A stretch of 64,000 nt of DNA from a virus. A model generated the notes under the pieces. It was not told the DNA's origin and did not search any database. It saw nothing but the letters and a program-made list of their open reading frames with translations. The DNA lies in the IMG/VR virus record IMGVR_UViG_3300003465_000003, positions 1 to 64,000 of that record. One strand, written 5' to 3'. Position 1 is the first letter of the stretch; each line of letters opens with the position of its first letter. This document shows, in pieces, positions 20,831-30,226 of this stretch. Both the position numbers and the translations under genes were made by a program.

Positions 20831-21277
20831 ATGAAAAGAGCACAACTTGCAATAGTATTAACCATTTGTCTGAACGCGGGTTGTGCTCTGTTATATCCAC
20901 CACGGGATGTTATTGGTGTTAATCCTGAGCCAAGGCAGCCTTCTAAAGAACGGATCGCTGAATTGGCTGCCGTTTCTGTTGATACCAAGTATAAGGAAGC
21001 CCCGTTTGCTTTATCCTTCTACCCACAAGTTACGCTACCCGGTGGTAGTGTAAGGGTCACGTGCCATGTCCCGCCTAGTTGGGGCGCAGAGGCTATAGCA
21101 GTTAAGGGATTTCAAGGTAAGTTGGCCTATATGACACCAATGTACCTTTACGAACCGCGTGTTGTTGAGGGTGTTATCTGTGGGCAGAACGAGACTGTTT
21201 GCCGGGTGATGCTACCGTCTGGTCACGTCAAAGAAATAAGTAACGTTATGGAAGTTCCCTGTCCAGAGGATCGGTAA
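20831..21277 (+). CDS. putative lipoprotein
   Basis: MKR + hydrophobic stretch + AGC lipobox-like site. Confidence 0.5.
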   Translation: MKRAQLAIVLTICLNAGCALLYPPRDVIGVNPEPRQPSKERIAELAAVSVDTKYKEAPFALSFYPQVTLPGGSVRVTCHVPPSWGAEAIAVKGFQGKLAYMTPMYLYEPRVVEGVICGQNETVCRVMLPSGHVKEISNVMEVPCPEDR

Positions 21278-22206
21278 TGCCACAAGAGTTAGAATTAGTA
21301 AAGAAACCTAAGGGTTTAGAATTGCCAGCCAACGCCCCGCCAAGTAAGCGCGGGGATTCCCCAGTGTTGGATTTCATCAGCGGGTTCCTCAGTGGTCCGG
21401 ACCTATTTAGTCCTTCCACGGAACGTCCGCCTATGGACGCCCAGACCATTGGGGAGCTTTTATCAATGGGGTCGGTTGGAAGTTTGCGTAAGATCCCGCA
21501 AGTTGCGGGGCAGCTTGATAACGTCATTGACGCGGGAAAGCGCGTGGCTCCTAAGAGGGCTGCATTGGAGTTGGCCAAATTATTAGAAGGGCGCTCAGAG
21601 CGTGTCCCTCATGTTAGAACACCATATAACTGGACGGAGGAAGATGCTGTAAGGGAGGCATTACAAACCAGCCGTGTTACAAGCCAGAGCAGGCCGCCTA
21701 AGCCTACCCAGATACGCGTAGATAAGGGGCCTTACCTTAAGCCCACACAGGTGACATTAAGCAGGGACCCATTGTTACAGCAATTGTATCGGCGGTTTGC
21801 TACATGGGCAGGGAAAAAAGCTGTTAGGGACCCTGACTATTATGATAGCAAGTATATTAGCCAATATATTGATCCTCCTAAAAATACGATTATCGGGCCA
21901 GAAAGGCCATTCGCCACCATGGGTCGTGTAAGTGGTGAAAGTGTTCAGGAGGCGTTAACAAGGAAGAAGCCTGATATCACCAAACCGTCACCCATGACCA
22001 AGGTCTTAACTATAAGCGAGATGCGGAGTTTGGTAGAAGGTCCTAAGCGGGCATTACGCATGGGCGGGATATCCTCAGAAGAGGCGAATCGTTTAATCAA
22101 GATTGGGCGTAGAAAGATTGATGATTACCTCAATACATTACAACAACTTGACAAAGAGCGGCAATTAGAACAGTTGCGGAAGGCTATGCCAAATGAATTC
22201 AAGTAA
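21277..22206 (+). CDS. hypothetical protein
   Basis: 309-aa ORF with GAGGA RBS and TAATG coupling. Confidence 0.7.
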   Translation: MPQELELVKKPKGLELPANAPPSKRGDSPVLDFISGFLSGPDLFSPSTERPPMDAQTIGELLSMGSVGSLRKIPQVAGQLDNVIDAGKRVAPKRAALELAKLLEGRSERVPHVRTPYNWTEEDAVREALQTSRVTSQSRPPKPTQIRVDKGPYLKPTQVTLSRDPLLQQLYRRFATWAGKKAVRDPDYYDSKYISQYIDPPKNTIIGPERPFATMGRVSGESVQEALTRKKPDITKPSPMTKVLTISEMRSLVEGPKRALRMGGISSEEANRLIKIGRRKIDDYLNTLQQLDKERQLEQLRKAMPNEFK

Positions 22207-22756
22207 TACTAAACCTGATACCAATATGGATGCGGCGATCCAGAAGTTGCAAATGACGCAGCTTTCCCCATTGGAAGAGGCGCTGTTCCAGTCATGGGCC
22301 ATGGCGAACCAGATTGAAGATACCGATCAAGAGGGGAGCCAAGTAGATCTACGAGGGATATACAAGGCTTCCAGTGGGAAGGTTCTGCCTTTTGGAGAAC
22401 TGAAGCGTATCGTGGATGGTGTTAATAACGAGCGGACGTTAGAGGGTGTTTTGCGCGAACGTGCTATGAATGGCGATGAGGCACAACTGCGAATGAAGCA
22501 GGAAGAGCATGCCATGAAGATGCAGGAGAAGCAGGAAGACCGGATGCTCAAGCGTCAGTGGCAAATGGAAGACCGTGAAGAGAAGCGTCAGCAGCAGCAG
22601 GTCGATAGGCAGATGAAGTTGCAGCAGCAGTTGGAGGACAGGCAGATGCGGCTCCAGCAGCAAGCGCAGGATAGGGCTATTAACCAACAGTATCAGGCTG
22701 AAGACCGGGCTATAAAACAGGCGCAAGGAGCTGAAAGTGGGACAAGATCCGCATAA
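22193..22756 (+). CDS. hypothetical protein with Gln-rich QxEDR repeats; N-domain resembles 681..962
   Basis: EALFQSW...VDLRG compared with EAEFKKW...YDYRA; 11-aa periodic EDR/VDR/QDR repeats. Confidence 0.7.
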   Translation: MNSSNTKPDTNMDAAIQKLQMTQLSPLEEALFQSWAMANQIEDTDQEGSQVDLRGIYKASSGKVLPFGELKRIVDGVNNERTLEGVLRERAMNGDEAQLRMKQEEHAMKMQEKQEDRMLKRQWQMEDREEKRQQQQVDRQMKLQQQLEDRQMRLQQQAQDRAINQQYQAEDRAIKQAQGAESGTRSA

Positions 22757-23063
22757 CTTGGAAAGAATTCTGCTGCAGCGCGAGATGGGTAAAGGGGAGC
22801 CTGCGCCAACTCCCAAAGAGTTTCCTGCTGAAAAAGAATGGCGTAGGCAAGTCTGGCAAGTGCGCGAAGAGACCTTCATGCGAAATCGGGACGCAGAAAG
22901 ACGCGACAAAGAGGAACTGGCTACAGGTAAAATCAGCAAGGAAGAGTTTGACCGCAGGGACCAGGATAGACACTTGAAGCACGTAACTACAGATTACACT
23001 TCATTGGTGCCTAACAAGGTTCATGGTAAAGGTTCAGATGTTAAGCTGCCGGGGAAAAAGTAA
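22737..23063 (+). CDS. small charged protein with N-terminal DPHNLERILLQRE motif
   Basis: AAGGAG RBS + GTG; shared N-terminal motif. Confidence 0.75.
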   Translation: MGQDPHNLERILLQREMGKGEPAPTPKEFPAEKEWRRQVWQVREETFMRNRDAERRDKEELATGKISKEEFDRRDQDRHLKHVTTDYTSLVPNKVHGKGSDVKLPGKK

Positions 23064-23671
23064 TGGGACAGGAGCAAAGTAAACCAGACAAGTTCAGTCG
23101 TCCTGACATTCAGCGAAGATTTTATAGTTCCGCAGGACAAGATACTGATAGTCAGAATAAGAATAAAGTTGCAAATGAGATGTTGCGACTATTACTAGGA
23201 CCTCACATGAACGATACGTTCATGCAGGCGGCTCCACCCAAGTTCTTTGAGCCAATGGAAACAAAGTTTAACGACAGAGAATGGGAGCCCGGTCGTAGGT
23301 TCTACGACATGAAGTTTTCTCCAGATGTGCCGGAAGAAACTAAAGACTTAGTTTCTCTACTAGCTATGCATTGGCCCAAGGCGGCGACCAGCATATACAA
23401 TGTCTTCAACATTCCGGATGTTCAGGATAAACATGGTGGTCTATTGGGTGAGTGGCGTCCTGGTCAAATAAGTATTAGGAGCAATAACAAAGGAAAACCT
23501 ATTCCACGTCACGAACTTATTAGCACCATATTGCATGAGTTCTCGCACTCAAGGGGCGCTCCAGATACCTCATTATTGGCTGGTGACAAACGACTTGGTG
23601 CTTACGACATAGATATAGTTTACCCACGGGATATTTATACCGATATAAAGTTACCACCGGATAAGAAGTAA
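23063..23671 (+). CDS. putative zincin-like metallopeptidase
   Basis: GLLGEW...ISI...STILHEFSH (HExxH). Confidence 0.6.
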   Translation: MGQEQSKPDKFSRPDIQRRFYSSAGQDTDSQNKNKVANEMLRLLLGPHMNDTFMQAAPPKFFEPMETKFNDREWEPGRRFYDMKFSPDVPEETKDLVSLLAMHWPKAATSIYNVFNIPDVQDKHGGLLGEWRPGQISIRSNNKGKPIPRHELISTILHEFSHSRGAPDTSLLAGDKRLGAYDIDIVYPRDIYTDIKLPPDKK

Positions 23672-25672
23672 ATGAATTACTCAGGTGCTTACGCAGACGT
23701 AGTATTTCTTAATGGCCAACTACATGTGGTCACTGCAGAATCCGGCGTAGTGACTTGCTACAATGTGGATACTGGCACGGTTGCATGGCGTGTAGAAGCC
23801 CCTGAATGGGGTTACCTATTATTTCTCGCCGCAGGGCACAGCGCTACTGGGACTAAGATCTTGGCAACAGGCAAGATTAGCAATGGAAGTGGTGTGGGCA
23901 TTGTAGGGGAAGGCATTAAGCAGTTCCTTCCTACTGGCCCCGGAAACTATCCGGCATCACTGCGCAATGGTGTAGTTTACATACTACGCGGTCCTAACTG
24001 TGATATTGGTGAAGTGGGGAGATACCTCCCTGATGGAACCTTTATAGATAAGCAGAGTGTTCCCTCAGACGTTGCTGAAAATACGTCTCAGGGTATCCGA
24101 TTTATTGCGGATGACGGCAGGGTAGTTTACGGGGATCAGACGTTATCCTCTACTTTTGCTGGACAGACACTCTCTGAATGGATGCAGCGATCTGGGTTTA
24201 CTGCAGGTCAGGGTCCACGTGGTGGTATGACGGTAGTTACTCCAGACGGGAATTGGTTTGACGCGATAACGGGAAACACACTATTTCCTAAACTGGCTGT
24301 TAGCGGAGACCGTGTTGCAGTGTTATGCACTGATGCTATTGCCGCAACTAGTGTTGAATCTTACACTCCACCTTACCCAGTAACTACAACACCTGCACCA
24401 CCAGTTTTAGAGGATTTAATGATTAAAGCGTTCAGTCATTATGGATGGGTAGCACCGTATTTCTCGCATGGTAAGTTTGGGGATACCGATGACCATGTAG
24501 GGAACGCCATCTTACTTGTAGAAGACCCCGCAGATCCTAATCGGTTAGCAAATGATATTGCTAGATTGCATGGGAACATTCTTATCCTACAGGGGGACGG
24601 TCCTACACAGATGTCAGAGGACCAGCTTAACACTTGCGTCGCTTGGTGGTGCTCGGGGCGGAATGCTGAGGAACTTGATAACGCTGTTGGCCGGTGCGAG
24701 GAACGTCCTGAGCGGGCCATTATCGCCTACATGGATAGTGACGACTGGCCAGCACAGCGTCCGGCATGGGTTACTGAGCAAGTCCGTCCCAATGTACAGG
24801 CGTACAGGCGTCCAAACGAGCCCTTAAACGCGTTTAAAGTCCGTCTGGAAGGAGTTCTGGAGCGGGTCAAGGGGTATGGCAGGCCCTTCGGCATATCGCC
24901 TCGCTTTGACGATTTTAACGGGTCTGGGAGCGTGGAGCAGACGCTGGAGTGTATGCCCCTCTACGAAGAGTGGGTAAGGAACTACAGCTTGGTAGACTTC
25001 CTACCCTTCGCTGACCGGCGTGGGAACGGTATGGCCAAGGTTAAGGCTCTGCGAGACTGGGGTCGAGCGTTCCTCTACGCTTTCCCAGAACGCCCTAACC
25101 GCTTCAACTACTGGGTTCCATCTGCTTCGGATAAGAAGTCTCGTATACGGAACATTGCAGGGCAATCTCGCCTAGCCAAAGTATTCGAGAAAGATCTTCT
25201 GGACTATATCTTGGAGTTAGTAGAGAAGGATGGCAATGGCGGAGGGGGTGGAGGAACAAACCCGCCACCAGCGTTTGAGCCGCGTATGCCTAACAAGCTA
25301 TCCGTGGTCGAGCGTCTGCGCAATGAGTTCCCTGCAGAGTGGGACGCAGCTAATGCTGGACCAGATTACCGCTTCGTGCGCAGGTTGGCCAATGAATTGC
25401 GCAAAGAAGATTCTAATTGGGGTCTCGTAGGGCAGAGACTTAACGCCAATGACATAGGCGAAGATGTTCTCTCTTATCTTAATCCCACAGTAAACCCCAT
25501 TTACCGCAACAGTGAGGGCCAAATCGTGGAAACTCCAATGGACTGGCGCTGCGAAGTGGTTGATTTCATCTTAGCGCACGGGACTCCAGATGCACGTCCC
25601 GGTTGGTTAGTAATTACAGACGAATTACCCCCGCGAGGGAATGGAGCAGGTGCCTTATGGATAAAACCATGA
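23672..25672 (+). CDS. three-domain protein of unknown function
   Basis: Beta-rich N-domain, Pro/Thr linker, alpha/beta middle domain, poly-Gly/Pro linker, C-domain. Confidence 0.65.
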   Translation: MNYSGAYADVVFLNGQLHVVTAESGVVTCYNVDTGTVAWRVEAPEWGYLLFLAAGHSATGTKILATGKISNGSGVGIVGEGIKQFLPTGPGNYPASLRNGVVYILRGPNCDIGEVGRYLPDGTFIDKQSVPSDVAENTSQGIRFIADDGRVVYGDQTLSSTFAGQTLSEWMQRSGFTAGQGPRGGMTVVTPDGNWFDAITGNTLFPKLAVSGDRVAVLCTDAIAATSVESYTPPYPVTTTPAPPVLEDLMIKAFSHYGWVAPYFSHGKFGDTDDHVGNAILLVEDPADPNRLANDIARLHGNILILQGDGPTQMSEDQLNTCVAWWCSGRNAEELDNAVGRCEERPERAIIAYMDSDDWPAQRPAWVTEQVRPNVQAYRRPNEPLNAFKVRLEGVLERVKGYGRPFGISPRFDDFNGSGSVEQTLECMPLYEEWVRNYSLVDFLPFADRRGNGMAKVKALRDWGRAFLYAFPERPNRFNYWVPSASDKKSRIRNIAGQSRLAKVFEKDLLDYILELVEKDGNGGGGGGTNPPPAFEPRMPNKLSVVERLRNEFPAEWDAANAGPDYRFVRRLANELRKEDSNWGLVGQRLNANDIGEDVLSYLNPTVNPIYRNSEGQIVETPMDWRCEVVDFILAHGTPDARPGWLVITDELPPRGNGAGALWIKP

Positions 25673-25971
25673 ATGAATTAGCTTATAAGGTATGGGTAAG
25701 GTCTGAAGCAAAGAAGATTGGTGCAGACGGTTGCAGTGTTGTCTCTGAATGGAATCAGGATGCCTGCTTAGAGCACGACCTTGCGTATCACTATAAGAAA
25801 GATCCTAAACATGCTTACGACGTAGGTTGGGAAAAGGCTAGAGATATCTCTAAGTGGCGAGCTGATGGTCGGTTCTGGATGAACAACGCCAGGAAGAGCC
25901 CAACCAGAGCTACGATAAGGTATCTTGGTGTGACATTGGGTGGATGGGGTGCGTGGCTGAAGAAGCGTTAG
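25669..25971 (+). CDS. phospholipase A2-like / DUF1353-like protein
   Basis: DGCS...ACLEHDLAY...AD...Y.GV..GG motif; ATGA overlap. Confidence 0.6.
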   Translation: MNELAYKVWVRSEAKKIGADGCSVVSEWNQDACLEHDLAYHYKKDPKHAYDVGWEKARDISKWRADGRFWMNNARKSPTRATIRYLGVTLGGWGAWLKKR

Positions 25972-26036
25972 TCGTCCCCTGTGCCCAACTAATGCCTACC
26001 TGTATGCCTTACACCCTCAGAAAACACAATAAATCC

Positions 26037-26065
26037 TTGACAAATAGGGGTTTCTGTGTTACGCT
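26037..26065 (+). promoter_or_regulatory. sigma70-type promoter
   Basis: TTGACA-17 nt-TACGCT with extended TG. Confidence 0.7.
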
Positions 26066-26098
26066 GGTTGCTCAATTCCCGCACATTTTTAAGGAGAT

Positions 26099-26896
26099 TT
26101 GATGGCTGATTTGAAGAAGGCGGATAGGCCCCGCATCCTGATTTACGATTTGGAAACGAGTTACAACGTCGTGGCGGCCTTCCAGCTTAAGCAGGACGGC
26201 TACATCCCCCATACGAATATTTTGAGGGAACGTTACATTATTTCGGTAAGCTGGTGCTGGCTAGGAGAGAAGGCGGTCCACGCGGTATCCGTTCTGGATG
26301 ACCCCAAGCGCTTTGCCAAAAACCCGGCGGATGACAGATTTGTAGTGGAAAAGCTACACGAACTGTTCTCGGAAGCCGATGTTTTGGTCGCACATAACGG
26401 CTCACAGTTTGATGACAAGTATGTGGCTACCCGTTGCTTGTACCATAACCTGCCACCGCTACCGCCTGTCAATAGTATTGACACGTGCAAGGTCGCAAGG
26501 CAGAAGTTCTTGTTCAACAGTAACTCTCTAGACTATCTGGCTCGTTACCTGAAGATTGGTAAGAAGAAGGAGACTCCAGGAGGGTTATGGCTTAAGGCAT
26601 TGGCTGGTGATAAAGACGCTATCCGGGTTATGGTTGATTATAACAAGCACGATACGCTGCTGCTACGGAAGGTGTTCCTCAGGCTACGTCCTTATATCCC
26701 GAACTGCATGAACCGGGAATTGTTTGGACACGTAGGCTGCCCGGATTGTGGAAGCAAGAAGATTCAGTCTCGGGGAACCTACTACGCTGAGACACGCACT
26801 TATCGCAAGTGGCAGTGCCAAGCCAAGAACTGTATGCGTTGGTTCCGCACATTGAAGTCAGACCAGGGATCAACCACTAAGCATAGGATATTATAG
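26099..26896 (+). CDS. RNase H-like (DEDD) exonuclease with C-terminal Zn ribbon
   Basis: YDLET; AHNGSQFD; NSLDY; YNKHD; CPDC...CQAKNC. Confidence 0.85.
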   Translation: MMADLKKADRPRILIYDLETSYNVVAAFQLKQDGYIPHTNILRERYIISVSWCWLGEKAVHAVSVLDDPKRFAKNPADDRFVVEKLHELFSEADVLVAHNGSQFDDKYVATRCLYHNLPPLPPVNSIDTCKVARQKFLFNSNSLDYLARYLKIGKKKETPGGLWLKALAGDKDAIRVMVDYNKHDTLLLRKVFLRLRPYIPNCMNRELFGHVGCPDCGSKKIQSRGTYYAETRTYRKWQCQAKNCMRWFRTLKSDQGSTTKHRIL

Positions 26897-26898
26897 CA

Positions 26899-27303
26899 AT
26901 GTCAAAGCGGATCAAGGTTACGAAACAACGTCACGATTGGGATTGTGGGATCGCAACTTTGGCCATGCTACTTGATAAATCCTATGGGGACGTGGCGCTT
27001 GTTGTAAGAGATTTGGTAGACCCTGTGAAACTTCGTAGGCGGGGCACCATCATTGCAGATATGCAACTTGCCGCTGCGTCCTTCGGCGTTCCACTCAAAC
27101 TTGTATGGCGCAAAGAAGGATACTTAGACGGTCAAACTGGTATCTTGGGTATGAAGGGTGGAGAGATGGATAAGGCGGGCCACTGGGTAATAGTTAAGGA
27201 AGGAAAGGTTATTGTAGATACCGACAACGAAGTATGGGGATTAGACGATTACCTCAAGAAATTCAAATGTCGTAGCACAATCTTACTCGTAAAACATAAG
27301 TAA
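26899..27303 (+). CDS. peptidase C39-like cysteine protease
   Basis: QRHDWDCGIATLAM...GHWVI...D catalytic Q/C/H/D pattern. Confidence 0.8.
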   Translation: MSKRIKVTKQRHDWDCGIATLAMLLDKSYGDVALVVRDLVDPVKLRRRGTIIADMQLAAASFGVPLKLVWRKEGYLDGQTGILGMKGGEMDKAGHWVIVKEGKVIVDTDNEVWGLDDYLKKFKCRSTILLVKHK

Positions 27304-27318
27304 AATTACTTACGGTTT
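27297..27318. repeat. dispersed palindromic element, copy 1
   Basis: TAAGTAAAATTACTTACGGTTT. Confidence 0.7.
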
Positions 27319-27363
27319 AAAGAAAAGGAGCCTCTAGACCAAAAATCTAGAGGCTCTTGTTTT
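27319..27363. terminator. bidirectional terminator between the convergent arms
   Basis: 11-bp stem GAGCCTCTAGA/TCTAGAGGCTC, A-rich on the left and T-rich on the right. Confidence 0.85.
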
Positions 27364-27418
27364 GTACTAGCAATACGCTTTTAATGGATCGAACACTGTC
27401 TGATAACGCTCTTCGTCC

Positions 27419-27529
27419 TCACCTAACGGCTCCCATAGCTTCCATTACATTCTTCTGCACGCCCCATGCATCACTCTTTCCATTACTATTCATGGAACGG
27501 AATGGCCCTGCAACATATATAACTTTCAT
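27419..27529 (-). pseudogene. truncated nucleoside-deoxyribosyltransferase-like (DUF4406-like) fragment
   Basis: 36 aa MKVIYVAGPFRS...; starts like 28424..28825 (MKIYIAGP) but stops early. Confidence 0.5.
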
Positions 27530-27531
27530 TT

Positions 27532-28080
27532 CTACTCCCTCTGTTTGGGACCATCAATAAAGTAGTCCACTGGTTTATTGGCTCCATGCAGCTTCTTAAG
27601 GTGGGCAACAATCTCGCTCATTTGATCTATCACTTCTGATGCAGGTGTAGATTTAGGTCTATCATCAACCAGTTTCCCCGCATGGTGTGCATCTATGATG
27701 ATGCTTATACAGGCTAATGCGTTAGCAAGATGTGGCACTGTAGTCTTAGGATCAGCCCACTCACCCTCCTTGAACTTCTCCAGATGTCGCAAACAGGCAT
27801 CCACGTATATCATGGCCCGCGCACCAGCTTCACGCCAGTTCGTCCTACCGTACTTCAAATCCCCTTCTAAGTGCCCCACAGCAAGATACGCCATGGTGAT
27901 ACCGGGAACCAACCCCATTGGGACTTTGCTGCTTCCCACAATGTCCTTAGGATTAGAGGGTTTGGTGTCGGCTGCGTTATTTTTGAAATCAGGGGTCACA
28001 AATCCTGTAGCTCGATTTATACCGCCAACAACCCCAGGAAAAGGTAATTCCATTTGTAAAGCTTCTGTTTTACTTATCAT
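27532..28080 (-). CDS. dATP/dGTP diphosphohydrolase domain protein (DUF5664)
   Basis: NPKD..G..K.P..LVP...GxxKYGRxNWR...Y.DA..RHL...HLA.A.A. Confidence 0.85.
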   Translation of the reverse strand: MISKTEALQMELPFPGVVGGINRATGFVTPDFKNNAADTKPSNPKDIVGSSKVPMGLVPGITMAYLAVGHLEGDLKYGRTNWREAGARAMIYVDACLRHLEKFKEGEWADPKTTVPHLANALACISIIIDAHHAGKLVDDRPKSTPASEVIDQMSEIVAHLKKLHGANKPVDYFIDGPKQRE

Positions 28081-28443
28081 TTATCGTATATACCCCTCAC
28101 CAAACCGCTCCACTACTTGCCCCAACTCAGGGTGCCTTGATTGCAGCTTCTCTCTATTGGCCGTAAGCACGTCATCCATACTAATGTCCAGAATATTCAT
28201 AAGCTTAAGCATATAGAATACAACATCCCCAAGCTCCTGCGTGACCTTCTGCTTATGAAATTCTAGTGGCTTCTCAGTATGGTAAAGCATCTTCTTTACC
28301 TGGTCTGCTACTTCTCCGCCTTCGCCAGCTAGACCCAACGCCGCATTGTTCACATGGTCATTCCATGTATTGCAGCGCTTAGCATAATTCCAACACGGAG
28401 CTACTACTTCTTCATAATGCTTATTAAGGGCGTCCATAATCAA
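28081..28443 (-). CDS. mazG: MazG-like nucleotide pyrophosphohydrolase
   Basis: LGLAGEGGEVADQVKK...ELGDV.FY...N.EKL..R. Confidence 0.9.
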   Translation of the reverse strand: MIMDALNKHYEEVVAPCWNYAKRCNTWNDHVNNAALGLAGEGGEVADQVKKMLYHTEKPLEFHKQKVTQELGDVVFYMLKLMNILDISMDDVLTANREKLQSRHPELGQVVERFGEGYIR

Positions 28444-28825
28444 ATTCTAATACCTCCAGTTTCTTGATTGCATCTTCTACCGTATTTACGAATGAGTAAA
28501 GTGCAAGATAATGAAAGATATTCTTGGAGTGCTCACCCTGCTTACCAATAACAATGATAGGCTTCTCTTCAGCAATGGCTATACCCTGCTCAGTTGCCTT
28601 ACCTTCAGACTTTGCAGAGTTAATAACCACTACTACATCTGCACTAAGCACCCCATGTACGTCCTTTAACGCGCACTCAAACAGGAACTTCTTAGTAAGA
28701 TTATTCTCATCTCCCTCGAATTCCCACCATCTATGTGTAATAGTATGCCCAGCTCGCTCCAACTTGGCAGCAATAGCTGGCATATCATGCCTATGGACCC
28801 AAGGTCCAGCGATATATATTTTCAT
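28424..28825 (-). CDS. nucleoside 2-deoxyribosyltransferase-like N-glycosidase
   Basis: KIYIAGP; D..GV..AD; SEGKATEQGIA; NIFH. Confidence 0.75.
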   Translation of the reverse strand: MKIYIAGPWVHRHDMPAIAAKLERAGHTITHRWWEFEGDENNLTKKFLFECALKDVHGVLSADVVVVINSAKSEGKATEQGIAIAEEKPIIVIGKQGEHSKNIFHYLALYSFVNTVEDAIKKLEVLEFDYGRP

Positions 28826-29371
28826 TTACAATACCTCTTTGAACAACCGCAATGCAACCAGAGCCGCTTGTGCATCCCATAGCGCATCATGCTCGTTGTC
28901 AGACCCAAATATTGAAACCACCTTTTTCTTTAAGTCTTCCTTCAAGTCCTTATAAGACTTACCAGTTTTTACTTCATAGAATATAGCCAATGCTGTTAGA
29001 TCTACACACCTATAATGGAAATATTTAGCAGTTAGCGGCAACTCCTTATTTATGAATTGCATGTCGAATCCACCGACATTCCATCCAACTGGCGTTAAAT
29101 CACCACGCTTGAACCCAGCAGATGACAGTAACTTATCCAGTGAACGGTCTACCACACTGGTATGATCGGCTTTTCCAATACGAGTAAGCGTAAATTTATT
29201 AACAGCTAATGCTCTCGGGTCAATCATTATTGGACCCTCAGGCTGTATATCACGCCAGAATGCATGTGTATCAGTAGCAATACCGATTTGTATAATTCTA
29301 TGATGCTTGTCTGGGTCCAATCCTGTCGTTTCAATATCTACACCTGCCAAAATCATTTGTCCTCCTGCCAC
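28826..29371 (-). CDS. DEDDh 3'-5' exonuclease
   Basis: DIETTGLD; NVGGFD; HDALWDA. Confidence 0.9.
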   Translation of the reverse strand: MAGGQMILAGVDIETTGLDPDKHHRIIQIGIATDTHAFWRDIQPEGPIMIDPRALAVNKFTLTRIGKADHTSVVDRSLDKLLSSAGFKRGDLTPVGWNVGGFDMQFINKELPLTAKYFHYRCVDLTALAIFYEVKTGKSYKDLKEDLKKKVVSIFGSDNEHDALWDAQAALVALRLFKEVL

Positions 29372-29625
29372 AACATCTTCTGCATTAATTCTCTGGCCCG
29401 CTTACTTGGCTCTCTCGTGAGAAATCCACTCCCTCTGCCCTTAGAATAGTCTGGACGCCATCCCCGAAATTGCTTAGCAGTCGCGTCAAGTATGAGTCCT
29501 GATTCATGCCTAAGGAACCAGTGAGTGTCAATTGGAGTTCTAAGTCTGCAGGGCTTCCATCCGGATGTACTCCCTCCCAACAAATGAAATAGTGCTTCTG
29601 ATGTGACATAGCAATTTCCACGCAA
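29353..29625 (-). CDS. hypothetical protein (Cys-His-Asp pattern)
   Basis: GNCYVTSEA...THWFL...ILDAT. Confidence 0.65.
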   Translation of the reverse strand: MRGNCYVTSEALFHLLGGSTSGWKPCRLRTPIDTHWFLRHESGLILDATAKQFRGWRPDYSKGRGSGFLTREPSKRARELMQKMLWQEDK

Positions 29626-29814
29626 TTACTTACTCTCCGGAGTTGGAGCCGCTACAGGTTTAGGCTGTTGCGCTTGCTGCGCTCTAATAACCATGTTGAT
29701 CAGCTCATGATGATTCTGATGATCCTGATACAAATGCCATCCGCCAAATGCGATACCGAACCCAATAGCTCCAAACAATAACGCACCACCGAACAAATAA
29801 ATCTTATCTCTCAT
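29626..29814 (-). CDS. small membrane protein
   Basis: One TM helix; tight gene packing. Confidence 0.6.
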   Translation of the reverse strand: MRDKIYLFGGALLFGAIGFGIAFGGWHLYQDHQNHHELINMVIRAQQAQQPKPVAAPTPESK

Positions 29815-30226
29815 TCTTAAGCTCCTTAATTAATTCCTCCACTGAAAAGAACAAACCATGTGCGTATCGGTGCATTACATCTATACGTTCCGGCACAGAG
29901 TCATACAATATATAACTAGGTTTACCCCTACCTATTGCATATCCAAGCTCTAGGTGCCCTGACTTCCCACAAGGCATAACCATCACACAAACATCTGATC
30001 TATCAAGCCACATCTTGTCAAACTGCCAGATACATTCTACAGCAGCAGAAGCCATCGCGTCCTGAAATGTTTTGCCTCGCGCAGCGTAATGGTCCCGCAA
30101 GAAGTCATCCGCATCAGGTCCGGGACACTGCCAATCGGTAAACGGTGTTATGCCATTTGCTTCCAGTGCATTAGCCACTTCCACTACCTGCTTATTCTTA
30201 AGAGAAGATACCAAATATACTAGCAC
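29804..30226 (-). CDS. nucleoside 2-deoxyribosyltransferase-like protein
   Basis: GGAGG RBS + GTG at 30226; VYLVSS; D...LD.SD; PCGKSGHLELGYA.G.GKP. Confidence 0.75.
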   Translation of the reverse strand: MLVYLVSSLKNKQVVEVANALEANGITPFTDWQCPGPDADDFLRDHYAARGKTFQDAMASAAVECIWQFDKMWLDRSDVCVMVMPCGKSGHLELGYAIGRGKPSYILYDSVPERIDVMHRYAHGLFFSVEELIKELKNER

